A DNA stretch of 64,000 nucleotides from Callorhinchus milii (lineage: Eukaryota), in the NCBI RefSeq assembly GCF_018977255.1, contig NW_024704742.1, forward strand, positions 56,546,001 through 56,610,000. Direction: 5' to 3'. Position 1 is the first letter of the stretch. Each line of letters starts with the position of its first letter. The position numbers were made by a program, and so were the translations under genes. The notes beneath the pieces are model-generated. The model did not search any database, was not told where the DNA came from, and saw only the letters and a program-made list of their open reading frames with translations. This document shows positions 34,641 to 48,032 of the stretch, piece by piece.

Positions 34641-36896
34641 TTCAGGTTCCTTTATACAGTTCTTGTTCTACATTCTTGGTAAATCTGTAAATATTATTCT
34701 GGTCTTACTTTTTCATTACTTTAAAATATTGTACAGCTCTATAAGGCCCCCTCTGAGATGTCTTCTATCAAGACTAAAGAGCCCTAGTTTGTCTTATGAT
34801 GATAATAATACTTGCATTTGATATAGCACTTTATAACATCTTCAAGACATCTCAAAGCGCTTCAAACGCTGCAGTCCTAATCTGGTGAATGTATTGCTCT
34901 CCAACTTTGAGTTTTGGAGGAAGTATGATTATTATTATTATTAAAATACCCACTAAAATACTGTACAGACTTGGTCTCTCCTGTTGTAGACCACCACTCC
35001 CACCCAGCCCCTTAGCCCGTGAGACCATTCTGCACTTCAAATTTAAGGCAGTGCAGGATTGTGAAAAGCTCAATCCAGTTTTGATTTACATACAGTAATA
35101 TGACATGAAAATAGGCCATTCAGCCCAATTGGTCTGTGTCAGTGTTTATACTCCACATAAGCCTCTCATTTCCATTTCCAATACCCCTGCTCCCTCACGT
35201 ATACGGCAATGTATGATGACTGCCTGGCTCTCTCATCCTTAAGCCAGAAAGTTATGGGTTCAAGCCCCAAATAAATGAGAGGGAAGCTTGCAAGACAGTG
35301 CTTTCAATGACAAGCTGGCAACAATGGGGTAAACACTTCCTTCAGCATTAGAGACATCATCTTTGGCTTCATCAGCCACAAATATGATTTCACATTTATA
35401 ATCACACTTCACAAAAGGCACTATGCAAATACATAATAGAATTTTCACCCATATGTGCTTTTTAATCTTTTGACAGATATCTCTGAAGACTCGCTACCAA
35501 ACTTTTGGAGGAGATACCACTCAACGGCTCTTCCACAAGAGAGCACTAAGCATTGATGCAGCTCCAAATAGGAACACTTTGGAGCTGCATTGCAGATGCC
35601 AGTTAGTTTCTATGTCTGGGATCTGTAGTTATCAGCCTTGATCGTTTTTTTAGGTCTAATTTGTGAGTTGGGCTAATAACTCACCTACTTTCTTCAGAAT
35701 GTGACCTCTTGTAGCAATCAGGCTGAAGCAGTTACCTGTCAATATTGAAGGAGCACAAAACAAACCTTGCAATATTGTGCACAAGAGAAATGTTGAAAAT
35801 ATTATAATTTCAAACTGGATTGTTTACTATATCAGAGGTTGAATTTTATGAGTTTCAATCAGTTCAGCAATGTTCAGTCAGCTTCTGTTATAGTGAAACA
35901 ACGTCACCGAAAATGTGAATTCAATGTAAAATATTTGCAACGTATTCTGTTCTGTGGGACCTATAACAAATTCAAGACTTTGGAGCATAAATTTGTGGGG
36001 AAAAAGTTGCAACCCTGATTTTCAAACACTCCAAGTATTTTCTAATCAGTATTACTTAGAGAAAATCTGAATTAATAATGTTAAGAAATTGTTCTGTTAT
36101 TTTGGCAGTTTAAAAACTTGTTGGAAGAAATTAGCTATTTGCTTTAAATTAAATTTTGTTTAAATTGTGAAAAAAAATAGTGAGGGAACCTCACACTTAT
36201 TCACTTTATAGCTTTGAAAACTATATGATTTGATCCTTCTACACTCCTATACCGTGAGTCCTAAATTCCATCTAGTCTTAGTCTGCAAGACTGATTCACT
36301 TAAAATTCATGATTTTGTAAAACTGAAGAATTCTTCAATTCAGTCTTAACTTGGAAGTCAACCTTTCAACGAACCAGTTTACAAATTAGTCTGAATTAAA
36401 GAATTTGCTACAATTAAAGGCACTTGCAGTATTCTCTGTGCACAAATTTTGCAAATGGATTGTTTACCCAACTCGCATATTAAACCCTGTTGAACCCCGT
36501 AGCATAGTGGTTAGCACCCTCTCCTCGCAAGAATCATAGAATTTTAATTGTACAAAATAAAACCATTCAGCCATCCTGCCTGTGCCAGCTTTCTGAAAGA
36601 CTTTTGCGTTTAGTCCCATGCCCCTGCCTTTCGTCGTAACCTTTTCCTTTTTTCCTTTCTCAAAGAATGTTTAATTCAAAAATACATTTCGGGCTGAAGT
36701 ATATATTTTTAATTTTGAAAAATCACAAGCTGATAATTTTTAAAAAATCATAATTCACCTCCATCTGTATATTTTGCTTCTCCACCCAAAAAAACACAAT
36801 TTGCCACTGGGGGAAAAAGCCCTCCTCTTGTCATTGTTACGAATGATTCAGTAGATTCAGATATCTTTCACAAAGCTGGATGACAATTCAGCTAAG

Positions 36897-37115
36897 TGTG
36901 TCAGCCTGGATCAATGGTACAACTCGTGCCTCTGAGTCAGAAGACTGTGGTTTCAAGCCACTCATCAGGCCTTGTATACTCTGACTTTAAACTCACGCTT
37001 CGAGTGCACTGCATTGTCATAGGTGTTGTCTTTCAAATGAAACATTAAACAGAGGTCCTGTCTGCCTAATGTTTCACTCTGGTTGTTAAAGATTCCATGA
37101 TGATACTATTCAAAA
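36897..37115 (+). mobile_element. Deu-domain SINE 5' part
   Basis: gtgtcagcctggatcaatgg...ctctgagtcagaag...aaatgaaacattaaacagagg. Confidence 0.7.
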
Positions 37116-38320
37116 ATTGAGAGTTGCATTGTTATTCAACATTGTAGTACTTACTGTAGATAACTCCAGAATTATTGTGAAGTGCCAGAAGGAACAGTTA
37201 ATAACTGCCCATTCACATCCTGAATGTTATCCAGGACTGTCACATAAACTTATAAGGCACTGGCATTCAGTGGATTTTGATTTTGCAAGTACTAGTAGGC
37301 TCCAGTGCTGAAAATCAGTGGGATTGGAAGCAGGAGGGCTCTGAGCCTCACTGAATAGTATTTCCCACACCAACCATCAGGTAGGTTCCATTATTAGCAC
37401 CAAGAGTAATATGAATATAACTATATGTATTCAGTAGGCACTTAAATTGGTGGGCTTTAATATCTCTGAGGATTAAGTGTAGTTTAGAATCCAAGTTGTA
37501 TTTAACAAATGTAACAATGTTAGTATGTTTAAAAGGGACATACATTTGGTACTTAAGAAAGTTGAATGTAAAAATAGAGCAATAAATTAGGAGCTGAATC
37601 AGGAGAGGTCTGGTGACTGGCCATGTGATCTGATCCTGGCAGCGTGTGAAGGTGTTTAGTAGCTGAAGGGTGCTGACACTTGCATCAGGTTCATTGCCAT
37701 TGAGAATAGCTTAATACATCAAGGAACCAAGCAATTGAGAATAAGGAGTTGATCTTCTGGGCAAGTCAATAATACTGACATGGGAGGGGCTAAAGATCAT
37801 GAGAGGTACAAATAAAGAAAGCCGTCTAGCTCGTTTGATCTCATTCCTCTAGAATATACACCCAACCATTTTAGAGTTACAACATTCAAGCTGCTACATA
37901 AGTGGGTCAATATCCTGCCATTTACCACACTTCCTGATCTCCTGTCTGATTTACCTGCTGTGAAGAAAATACCGCTTACTTCCTGACGTGAAAGGCCCTA
38001 TATAATTGCAATTTGTGTTGGTGTTCTTGGAGTGTATATCCTAAACTTGCCCTTCACCACCTTAAACCTACTCTACTATCACCAGAAAGTATTTGTCCAT
38101 GTTTATTTCACTGTAACATTAAACATCTTATATTTGAGGTTCCCTCCAGACATCTCTTTTTGAGGCTGAAGATCCTTACCTAATTATTTGTCATAGCTTA
38201 TTCCTTTAATAAGATTAGCCATGTTCTCATCTGTGATGCTCTCTGACCTCGGTATGTAAAGTACTCAGATGATCACACCTTAAAGTAAATAGGCATACCT
38301 GTTTGAGATTTGGAATTTGG

Positions 38321-38700
38321 GTGTCAACTTGGCTCAGTTGGTATCACTCTTGCCTCCGAGTCAGAAATGTGTGGGTTCAAGCCCTATATTAGGACTTTGT
38401 CCTCATAGTCCAGGCTACCACCTCAATACAATAATAGAGGATTGCTGCATTATTGGAAGTGCCATCCAAGCACCTATCTGCTGTAGGTGTTAAAAATTGC
38501 ATTGCACTATTCGAAAAGAGAAGCAAATCTCTCCAGGTGTTCTGTACAACAATTCTCCAAATAAAACATTGGTCATTCCCTTCATGCCTGTTTGTTAGAC
38601 ATTAGACACAAATCACAAATTGGCTGCATGCTGACCTACAAATTCACTTTACAGAAAAAACATTCAATAGCTATGAAACATTTCAACATGATGAGGCCGC
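38321..38700 (+). mobile_element. Deu-domain SINE, degenerate
   Basis: gtgtcaacttggctcagttggtatcactcttgcctccgagtcagaa...gcactattcgaaaagag. Confidence 0.72.
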
Positions 38701-40379
38701 GAGTTTTATTGTTATGGATGATGCGTAGATCTATAAATAGAAAAAAATCAGGAATTCTAACATCCTATCGTAAAAGATATCTCAACTGAGGTAAATAGGA
38801 GAAACAAAGATTACAAGTTAGATTCAAAGAATTACAGAAGGAAAGAGACTATTTCACGTCAACTGGAATTAATTACTCATCCAAATTCTCCGTTCTTTCC
38901 CTACACACTCTTATAGTGTTCCCTACACACCTTATGGTGTTCTTCAAATATTTATCCATTCCCTTTTCAGCGTTATGGTCTCAAAGAAGGAGAATCATTT
39001 TGTGTAAAATTAACTAATAGAATTGAGAGCAATAAAACCTTTGCTAGTAAACCTTTAATTTAGTTGCACAGAGCACTTGCATCTTCTTCCCACAGGAAGT
39101 TCAGGTGGAGTTAAAGATGCAATGGCTCTATTCAGAGAAAAGAGGAGGGAATTTCTTCCAGTGTCCCAACCAACAATCCTTCAGATTAATAAAAAAAATT
39201 ATCATTCATTCATGGCTATTTGTGGGACAAATAAAACAGCCATTACACCTCACAGTAAAATCCTGTGAAGCATTTTGAGACCTTCAATTACTTGATGAGG
39301 AACTGTATCAGATGTTGTTATTATTATTGTAAGGTAGGAAGTGGGGGGGGGCGCAAAAGCACTGGGCAGGCAACTTCAAATAGCTTTTATCAATCAAAGG
39401 ATAATTCATGTTACAACTGCACGTTGCCATGGTCAGAAACCAGAAGATAAACTCTTGGCTCCAAAAGAAGAGAAATATAATCTATCCAGCAGCTATTGTG
39501 GCGCTCAGTGGGATTTATGAAACTACTGACCCATGGAAATAGTGATATTGCAGTTATTGTAAGGTTATCATTTTGATTTGTATTCCTGAGCCATAGCTGT
39601 TGTTTCTGCCTGTACTTCTCTATCATTTCCTTGCATGATTTATGTATAGCTTGTGCCTAGTTGTTCAGCTCTTCAATTTTAAGTTTTATAGGTCTGTCTA
39701 ACCTTATGCGGACACAGCAGAATACCCTGAACAGTTAAACATGAAAAACTGCTTCACTGTCATTTACCCATGAGAGAAATCTGCACTAAACCACTGTCAT
39801 TCCCTGAAGATCTAAACTAACACCAATGTATCAGTTTGGACATTCCCTGATATCACAGCAAAAACAATAAAATGTATCTCATCTGTGACAACACTGAACT
39901 TTGCTACTTAGTCTATAGTAACTCTATTAATGTTTCAGGTGTCTCGATTGATATAGTTCAAAATCTGAAGTAATTGTTTGGCCTTATTTTAGGACAAAAT
40001 GGCGGTGGGCTGAAATCGTGAGGTTTTTTGCAATCCTGGCAAGTGGGCTGAATCGTATCCCGTTGGAGCTGAGCGGGAGAGGGTTGGAGTTCTTGGACGA
40101 GGCTTCCCGCGGCGGGTGGCCTGGAACGGGGACTGAGACGACTTCAAACAAGCGATGCCTGGAGCGAGGTCTCAACTCGACGCCTGGAGCGGGTCCCCTG
40201 GCTTACACGTGAGCGAAGCTAAGCGGGGCTCGAGGCCAGTACCAGCGTGGAGTCCGAAGCCACAAAGGTGTCCAGCTCCAACGCGGGGACCAAGGACCTG
40301 AGCCATGCAGAGCCAACATGAGATTCACCACCGTGGCCATCGCTGACTCTCCTGGTCAAGATCCCCCCAGAGACCATTT

Positions 40380-43300
40380 GCCACATGACGTCACATCCGC
40401 CCGCCATCTTTGAATTTCTCAGCCTGGACTCACTGGGACTATAAGAGTGACCCCTCTCCCCATGATGACCCTCACTAGCAGGCTAACCATGCCTCGCTGA
40501 TCCACCCACTCCCCCAACCCCGGCCATTTGCTTTGCCATAATGCTCCCACCCCTGTCCTCTACCCTCCACTACTCCCGCTCGGTCCTCCTCTCCCACCAC
40601 CCTCCCTGACTCCTATCCCTGCTCGACCATCCCACAGTCTCCCACTGCTCCAGCCTGCGAATCCTCCGTCGGGCCCACCGTGGCAGATGCCGCTCGCTGT
40701 CCTACAGCAGCCATTCTGACTGTCTTATTCCCCATTCTCGCCGCAAGCTTCATCGGTCCCTGACCACGGGGACTAACCTCTCCTCCCTGATCCACATCCC
40801 CACCCTCCCTGTCAGTCCGTCCCCTCCCCCCACTTGCCCCCACATTTCACCACCAACTGTCCCCGCCACATCAGCTTACAAAATGTCCGCTCCCTCTCCA
40901 ACAAAACACTCACCATCCAAGACCTTATCGTCAATGAAAACATCGACATTCTCCCCTTCACTGAAACCTGGATCACTCCAGGCGACACCTTCCCCCTGAT
41001 AGAGGACACATCACCTGGCTACACCTTCCATCATACCCCACGACCTAACCGCCGTGGTGGTGTGGCTCTCATCTCCCCGTCCCCACTCGGCCTATACCCT
41101 TACTTCTCTGGGACCTTCCCCTCCTTTAAGCACCTTATCCTTTATCACCCCTCCAACCTTTCCCTCAAAATTCTCCTTCTCTACCGCACCCTCCAAGCCC
41201 TCCCCCATCTTCATCCCCAACATCTCCACCCTCCTATCTTCCCTCTCCCTCTGCTTCGAATGCCTCCTCATCCATGGCGACTTCAATCTTCATTTCACCC
41301 CCTCCTGCTGACTCCTCCTCCCTTATCTCAAACTCTCACTCCACATCTATTCCATCACCAACGTCCATGGTCACCCCCCTGACCCGGTGATCACTCGGGG
41401 CCTCAGCGTCTCGGACCTCACCATCATTGACAAAGCGATCTCGGACCTTCACTTCATCTCCCTTAACTCCTCAATCTCTCTCCCCAACTCCACCGAACAC
41501 ACCTCCATGTCCTACTGCTCCTGGAAAAAAATCCCCCCTGCCCTCCTCCCACTCAGTTGCCTTAGAGTCATCTGAACTCCTCCCCCCCTGTTCTTCCTCC
41601 CGCAATGACCTATCCTCGGTCACTCTTGTCCAGAGCTCCCTCTACTCTCGATTCCCTTGCTCCCCTCTCTTCCCGAACCGTATCCTATTCACGTAAGAAA
41701 CCATGGTACACCAACCACCTCCGCTCCCTTAAAGCACAGATGCATGCCGCTGAATGTACCTGGCTTAAATCAAACTTAACGGCCCATCGGCAGATCTGGC
41801 TGGACATTATGAAGCCTTACTGCTCTGCCCTCGCCTCTGCTAAATTGTCGTTCTATTCTAAGACAATCTTGGAGGCCAAGGACAACTCCAGGCTCCACTA
41901 CTCCATCACCAACAGGCTCTTCCACCCACCTGCTCATGCCTTGCCCATCTTCATTTCAAATGGCAACTGCCTGGCGATGCTGGACTTCCTCGAATTCAAA
42001 GTCGGGGGGATCCGCCCAGCTACCTCTGCCATTCCATCTGCTACAATCTCCCCATCTCCCCCTTCCATCCTGCCCCCTACCCATCCCTCCCTCCACACCT
42101 TGGAACCTGTCTCCCCCTCCTATCTTATCACTTTCATAACCTGCATGAAACCGACCACCTGCTCCCTTGACCCCATGCCTACCCCTAACCTTATTCCCAG
42201 CTCCACCTCCTTTCCCCTCTACTCACAGACATCATAAACCTTTCCCTGTCCACTGGTACTGTTTTCACCCTATTAAAAACCTCCGTCATCACTCCTGTCC
42301 TTAAAAAATCCTCCCTGGACCCATCTCTACTCACAAACTACTGCCCCATCTCCAACCTCCCTTTCCTCTCCCAAGGTCCTGGAACGAGTTGTTGCTTCCC
42401 AGCTTCACTCCCTCCTGTCCCTTCACGAACCCCTCTGTGCTGCCCACAGCATAGAAACAGCCCCAGTCAAAGTGACATTCTGTCCATCTGCGACCAGGGC
42501 TCCTTCTGCCTCCTCGTTCTCCTTGACTTCTCTACTGCCTTCGACACCGTCGACCACTCTATCCTCATCCATTGCCTCTCCTCTCACCTCAACCTTCACG
42601 GCTCTGTCCTTGACTGGTACCTCTCACGCTGCCTCCACTTCATCTCCACATATTGTTTCTCCTCTAGCCCCGCAATTTCTCAAGGCTCTGTCCTTGGTCC
42701 CCTTCTCTTCAATATCTATATGCTGCCTCTTGGGGACGTCATCCCCAGACATGGGATCAACTTCCACATGTATGCAGATGACACCCAACTGTACCTCTCT
42801 ACCTCCACCCTTGGCTCCAGGACCACTGCTGTCCTGACAGAATGTCTGTCAGACATCAAGTCCTGGATGAGAGCTAACTTTCTACAGTTGTACATCAACA
42901 AGACCGAGGCTCTCCTGATTGGTTCCCGTCAATGCCTCCTCATCTCAGGCACTGACAGCATCACCATCCATGGTTGCACACTCCACCTTGCTAAGCCAGT
43001 CCAAAACCTTGGCATCTTGTTTGACTCTCAATTATCTTTCCACCCCACATCTGCGCCATGAACCACTCAGCCTTCTCCCACCTCCGCAATATCGCCCGGC
43101 TCCGCCACTGTCTCACACCGCAGGCCACCAAGACCCTCATACATTACATTGAGGCTCATCTATGCAAACTCATTGCTTGTCGGCCTCCCCAACTCCTCCC
43201 TCCATAGGTTGCAGATCATCCAGAACTCTGCAGCCCGTGTCCTCTCCCGCACCAGGCTCTGCGACACTATCACCCCCATCCTCGCCTGACTCCACCGGCT

Positions 43301-43709
43301 TCCCATCACACAAAGGATTCAGTTCAAGATGGTCTTGCTCTCCCGTACCTCTGTGGCTTCCTAACGCCCTACCATCCTGGTCGCTCCCTCCGCTCAGCGG
43401 GATCCGGCCTGCTTCATGTCCCCCACCTCACTCGCCCCACTATTGGCAGGAGGGCCTTCTACCACTCTGCCCCACCCTCTGGAACTCCAACCCGCAGTCC
43501 CTCCACCTCATCCCCTCCCTTGCCTCCTTAAGACCCATCTCAAGACCCTCCTCTTCGACCATGCTTTCGATCTGCCTGCTTCCCCCACTGTCCTCCACCC
43601 TCCCCGATCCCGACCCCCAGCTCGGGTTCGAAACTCTGTCTGTTCAGTGCCTTGGAACATCCTCCTGATGTGAAAGGCGCTATACAAATGTAATTTGGTT
43701 GCTGTTATT
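40380..43709 (+). mobile_element. Near full-length, inactivated L2 LINE (APE endonuclease + RT + 3' tail); may extend to about 39990
   Basis: APE motifs LQNVRSL, FTETWI, LIHGDFN, SDLH; KKPWYT linker; RT MYADDTQLY; multiple frameshifts; tail gtgaaaggcgctatacaaatgtaat. Confidence 0.92.
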
Positions 43710-43854
43710 TTTAATTTTTCACATCACATGGTAAACAAGCATATTGGGCAAACCATTTGATGTGCTGTTTATTCAAAGGATGTAAGCAATGTTATGAAAC
43801 ATGAACAGTTAATTGAATTAATAACACATCCAGCGAACCTTGATGTCATATCCA

Positions 43855-44095
43855 AGGATGCACACTCCACCTCACTGAGCCAGTCCAGAACCTTGGCATC
43901 TTGTTTGACCTTCAACTGTCCTTTCTACCCGACTCCGTGCCATGACATAGTTTAGTGGTCAGAGCACTCATATTGCAACAATAGGACTAATTTCCGGCAG
44001 GGCAAAACGTTGGGCAAGTTTACTTACTCAACTCGCCTCAGCTTACCGAGCACTAAGTAGGATCCCGGGTGCTAGTCAATTGGAGGATCACTTTT
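43855..44095 (+). mobile_element. Short L2 fragment joined to the 5' half of a tRNA-SINE
   Basis: 43861-43945 resembles 42977-43060, followed by tagtggtcagagcactc...ttgggcaagtt. Confidence 0.7.
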
Positions 44096-44422
44096 CAATA
44101 TTGAATGACCAATATTTCATCTAGGGGATTACTAACTTGGACAATGGGCGAAACTCCCTTCTCTTTTCAAATAGTGTCAAACCTGTACTTGTGAGGTGTC
44201 TAATGTAATAACCAGCTTGTGGCTATCCTGGGGCTGAGTTGATGCCAAAGTAATATGGCTGATGATAAATTATTGTAATCAAGTCTATCCACAGTAATTT
44301 TGTAGAGGTCTCGGCAGTCTGGTATCTGAAGTAGCTCTACAGCTTTCCTGGATGCAGCAATCCTGCATCTGGAATTTTCCAGATATAGTTAAGTAGGATA
44401 CATTCCTCTGGGGAGAAAGTGT

Positions 44423-45166
44423 ACAACAATAACAAAATTACATTTATAGAGCGCCTTTCACATCGGGAGGATGTCCGAAAGTGCTGAATGGTCAGGTGTT
44501 GGGGTCCGAGCATGTGGGAGGGGTGGTGTAGAGATGAGGGAAGGCAGAGAGGTGGGAGGGAGACCAAAGGCATGGTCCAAGAGAAGGGTCTTAAGACCAG
44601 CCTTGAAGGAGGCAAGGGAGGAAGAGAGGCGAAGGGACCGTGGGATGGAGTTCCAAAGTGTGGGGGCAGAGAGGCTGAAAGCCCGGCCACCGATGGTAGG
44701 GTGCGTCAGGCGGGATACGTGGAGCAGGCTGGAGCCCGCTGAACGGAGAGAGTGGGCAGGTTGGTAGGGAGTCAGCAGGTCAGAGAGGTAGGAGGGGGCA
44801 AGGCCATGGATGACCTTAAAGGTGAGGACGAGGATCTTGAACTCGATCCTCTGGGGGATGGGGAGCCAGTGGTGTCGGGCGAAGGTGGAAGTGATGGGGT
44901 CACGGAGCCTGGTGCGTGAGAGTACATGAGCTGCAGAGTTTTGGATGATCTGCAGCTTGTGAAGGGAAGAGTTGGGAAGGCCGATGAGGAGGGAGTTCCC
45001 GTAATCGAGCCTTGATGTGACGAATGCGTGGGTGAGGGTTTCGGCAGCCTGAGGGGTGAGGCAGTGGCAAAGTCTGGCAATGTTGCGGAGGTGGTGGTAG
45101 GCAGTGCCGGTCATGGCGCGGATGTGGGGTTGAAAGGACAGTTCAGGGTCAAACAAGATACCCAGG
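44423..45166 (-). mobile_element. Young 5'-truncated L2 LINE
   Basis: Open ORF2 C-terminus; same subfamily as 29859-30741. Confidence 0.93.
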
Positions 45167-46648
45167 TATGAAGTGTACACTTCATACCAGACAAACAGAA
45201 AGCAAACATATGGAGTTCTCAGTCATTTGTTGTGAAGACTCTTAAGATAAGGCAATGTGTTTGTGCATGTGTCAGATATCTGACCGAGCAAGCAAAAGCT
45301 CTGGACAATACCATCACTCCTTTAATTGACATGTAAAACTAGGCTATGTGCCCAAGCATGAGTGGGGCATCAATCAATAAGTTGCTGGCTGTCTGCACAA
45401 TGCTGCAGTGGGATCATGTTTTAGGCTAACTGTTGTCTGAGTGCTCTCTGCTGCTCTCTTCTGCTGAGACAATGCAGGTACATTAAAGACACAAAAGGGA
45501 GATGCTCCCCTGAACAGTGGTGATGTGCCCTTAAAATGAGAAAGCCTATTATCAAAGTCCAATATCCAAGCTGCCACACAAAGCAAGACCCACTCAGATT
45601 AGGGTTCAAAAGCTGATAGTTCATTCAGCTGAGTATAAACATTTTCACATTAAAACATGTGCATGATCATATGCGGTGTTCAGAAATGTACAGGACATAA
45701 ATGTGGGTTAAAAGGAATTGTAAATATGGGTCAAATTGGCTTCTAAAGCCTGTTGAGTGTTTGTTAACTCAGGCTTGTATAAAAGCACACAGCACATGAA
45801 CGTAATGCATTTGTATGTGGTCTCAGGAGCTCCTCTGAAAGCTCAGCTGGGGACACTTCAACATACCATACTCTGCAAAATGAACAAATGGAATTCACAT
45901 GTAGCTCTAACCCTGATTATCACATTTGAGCTACCAGTCACGGTTGCAGTTGTTGCTGGGTGCTGACCCTGTCTCAGCTGTTTCTGTGGATTTAAAAAAA
46001 ACAAAGCCCATAAGAAGAAAAAAATTAGAACTACATTGGATATGTTGCTGGGTATTAGTTGCTGAGTTCTGCTTAGAATCATTTATGGACATGGTGATAT
46101 GACTGAACAAGACTTCAGCCATTGGAATCTTTATCATTGCCTCCAATAGCTTAATCATAAGGAATCAACGGTGCGTTAAGTGATGTGATAATTATCACTA
46201 GTGATAAATATACTGGCTGGTATGCTTTTAAATTCCTACAGAAACTATGGTGTTTTTTGTATGTGGGAAAAGTATAGTCGTAAGCTGTCTAGTTTCTGGT
46301 GTTTTATGCCAGTAAAAAGTGAACATTTTACAGATATATTTTGAGGCTGCATATTTATTTTTGCCCTACTGGCCAAGACCCTGGGGTCAGCATCCCAGTA
46401 ACAACTGTGACCATGACATATCACTTACCTCCTGATAGTCTCTCCATTTAAACACTGACGGTATCCCACCGAGAGTCTTTTCCTCTACCTAACCCTGGGA
46501 AGACCAGTGCCATTTTAGTCTATTGAAATACTGTACCGATATAGCTTTATTAGTTTCAAGTCAGTAATGTATGGTTGTGGAGAATTTTTGCTGTCCCACT
46601 AAGAACACCATCTGGTATAATAACAAAGCTCATTGCAAAGCTTAAAGT

Positions 46649-47026
46649 GGAGTCCTGTAGCTCAGTGGTTTGAGCACTCGCCTCGCAAGCGAGAAACCTG
46701 GGCTTGATTCCCGGCAGGGCGAAATGTTAGGCAAGTTTCCTTACTCCACATGCTTCTGTTTACCTAGCAGCAAGTAGGAACCCGGCCTTTAGTCAAGTGG
46801 CAGATCGCTTTTCCGGGGGTAATAATTCCTTCAAAAAAAATAACAAGAAATTTGTCGCTTCAATCCACGACTGCTTGTGGGACACTGCTGCGCGCAATTG
46901 GCTGCCGTGTTTTGCCCACAAAATATACAGTCAATTCATTTTACAGGATATTCTGTGAAGTGCTTTGAGACATCTCGAAGATGTGATAAAGTGCTATATC
47001 AAATAAATCCAAAGATTATTATTATT
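46649..47026 (+). mobile_element. tRNA(Ala)-derived SINE, long variant
   Basis: Head, core and tail all present. Confidence 0.9.
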
Positions 47027-47284
47027 TTCATTAAATGCAGAATGAGTGCATGGGTCAAAGCATTTTGTTTGTCAGCTACTTGCTATCTGCAAGAATGTTG
47101 TCTATGTGTAACAGTACAGATTGTAACCTCAGAGTTAAGGAAACTGGGTTATTCAGTTCAAATAAATAGGATCATCTGCATTCTTGCACCATGGCAGAAT
47201 TGTTAAGATTGATCAAGTTGATCCAGGTTCCTATTTCCAGAGCAAAACATTTTCCAGGTGTTTTGAGAGGGTATGTGACTTAAT

Positions 47285-48032
47285 TTTTCGCTGCATGATA
47301 GTCGCTCGCTGGTAAGCAGTAAAGTCTGACTCAGTCTCGACAGATTTATAAATGAACGGACTAACAATAAGCTATGCTTGAGCAACCATTTAAACATTCA
47401 TAAAAGAGGGTTTTGATTTGACACACTATAATTATTCCTATCACTTGATGATTTGCCTCTGCGTCATTTATTTTAAGATCAGCTTTCAATCCTCGCTGCA
47501 AAACATCCCATTGATACCATCTCAATTTATCGTATAAATTGGTTTACAGGCTGATGTTGGAGATCTGATAACTCACTCAATCAGCAATAATTGATGACTT
47601 CTGCTTTCCTGGTTTAACTATGGATCTGTACACAATGATAAGTTTGTCACAGTTGATTTCTTAAAGTAGCAGATGTGATTATGGCCAATCAGAGTCAGGA
47701 TTCTGGTAATGTTTAAGAGCAGGACAGTTTGGTTTGATTTTTAAATGTATCTGTACATAAACATCCTTATGTATAAATATCACAATGTATATAATTCTAC
47801 TACATCGACTTATACAGTTAACCCTCACGCTGCTGAAACACTGGTCCACGCCTTTATCACCACAAGGCTGGACTATGGGAACTCTCTCCTCGCCGGCCTT
47901 CCCAGCATTAACTTTATCAATGTTTAAATGGTTGCTCAAGCATAGATTATTGTTAGTTCGTTCATTTATAAATCTGTCGAGACTGAGTCAGACTTTACTG
48001 CTTACCAGCGAGCGACTATCATGCAGCGAAAA
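47285..48032. repeat. 120-bp inverted repeat (47285-47404 / 47913-48032), 3 mismatches, 508-bp spacer
   Basis: Direct base-by-base comparison. The ORF track also shows nearly the same peptide (MFKWLLKH...LSCSE) on both strands. Confidence 0.95.

Noticed and set aside
47285..48032. MITE or DNA transposon with 120-bp TIRs
   Set aside because: No target-site duplication, and the right arm lies between two copies of the same L2 segment.
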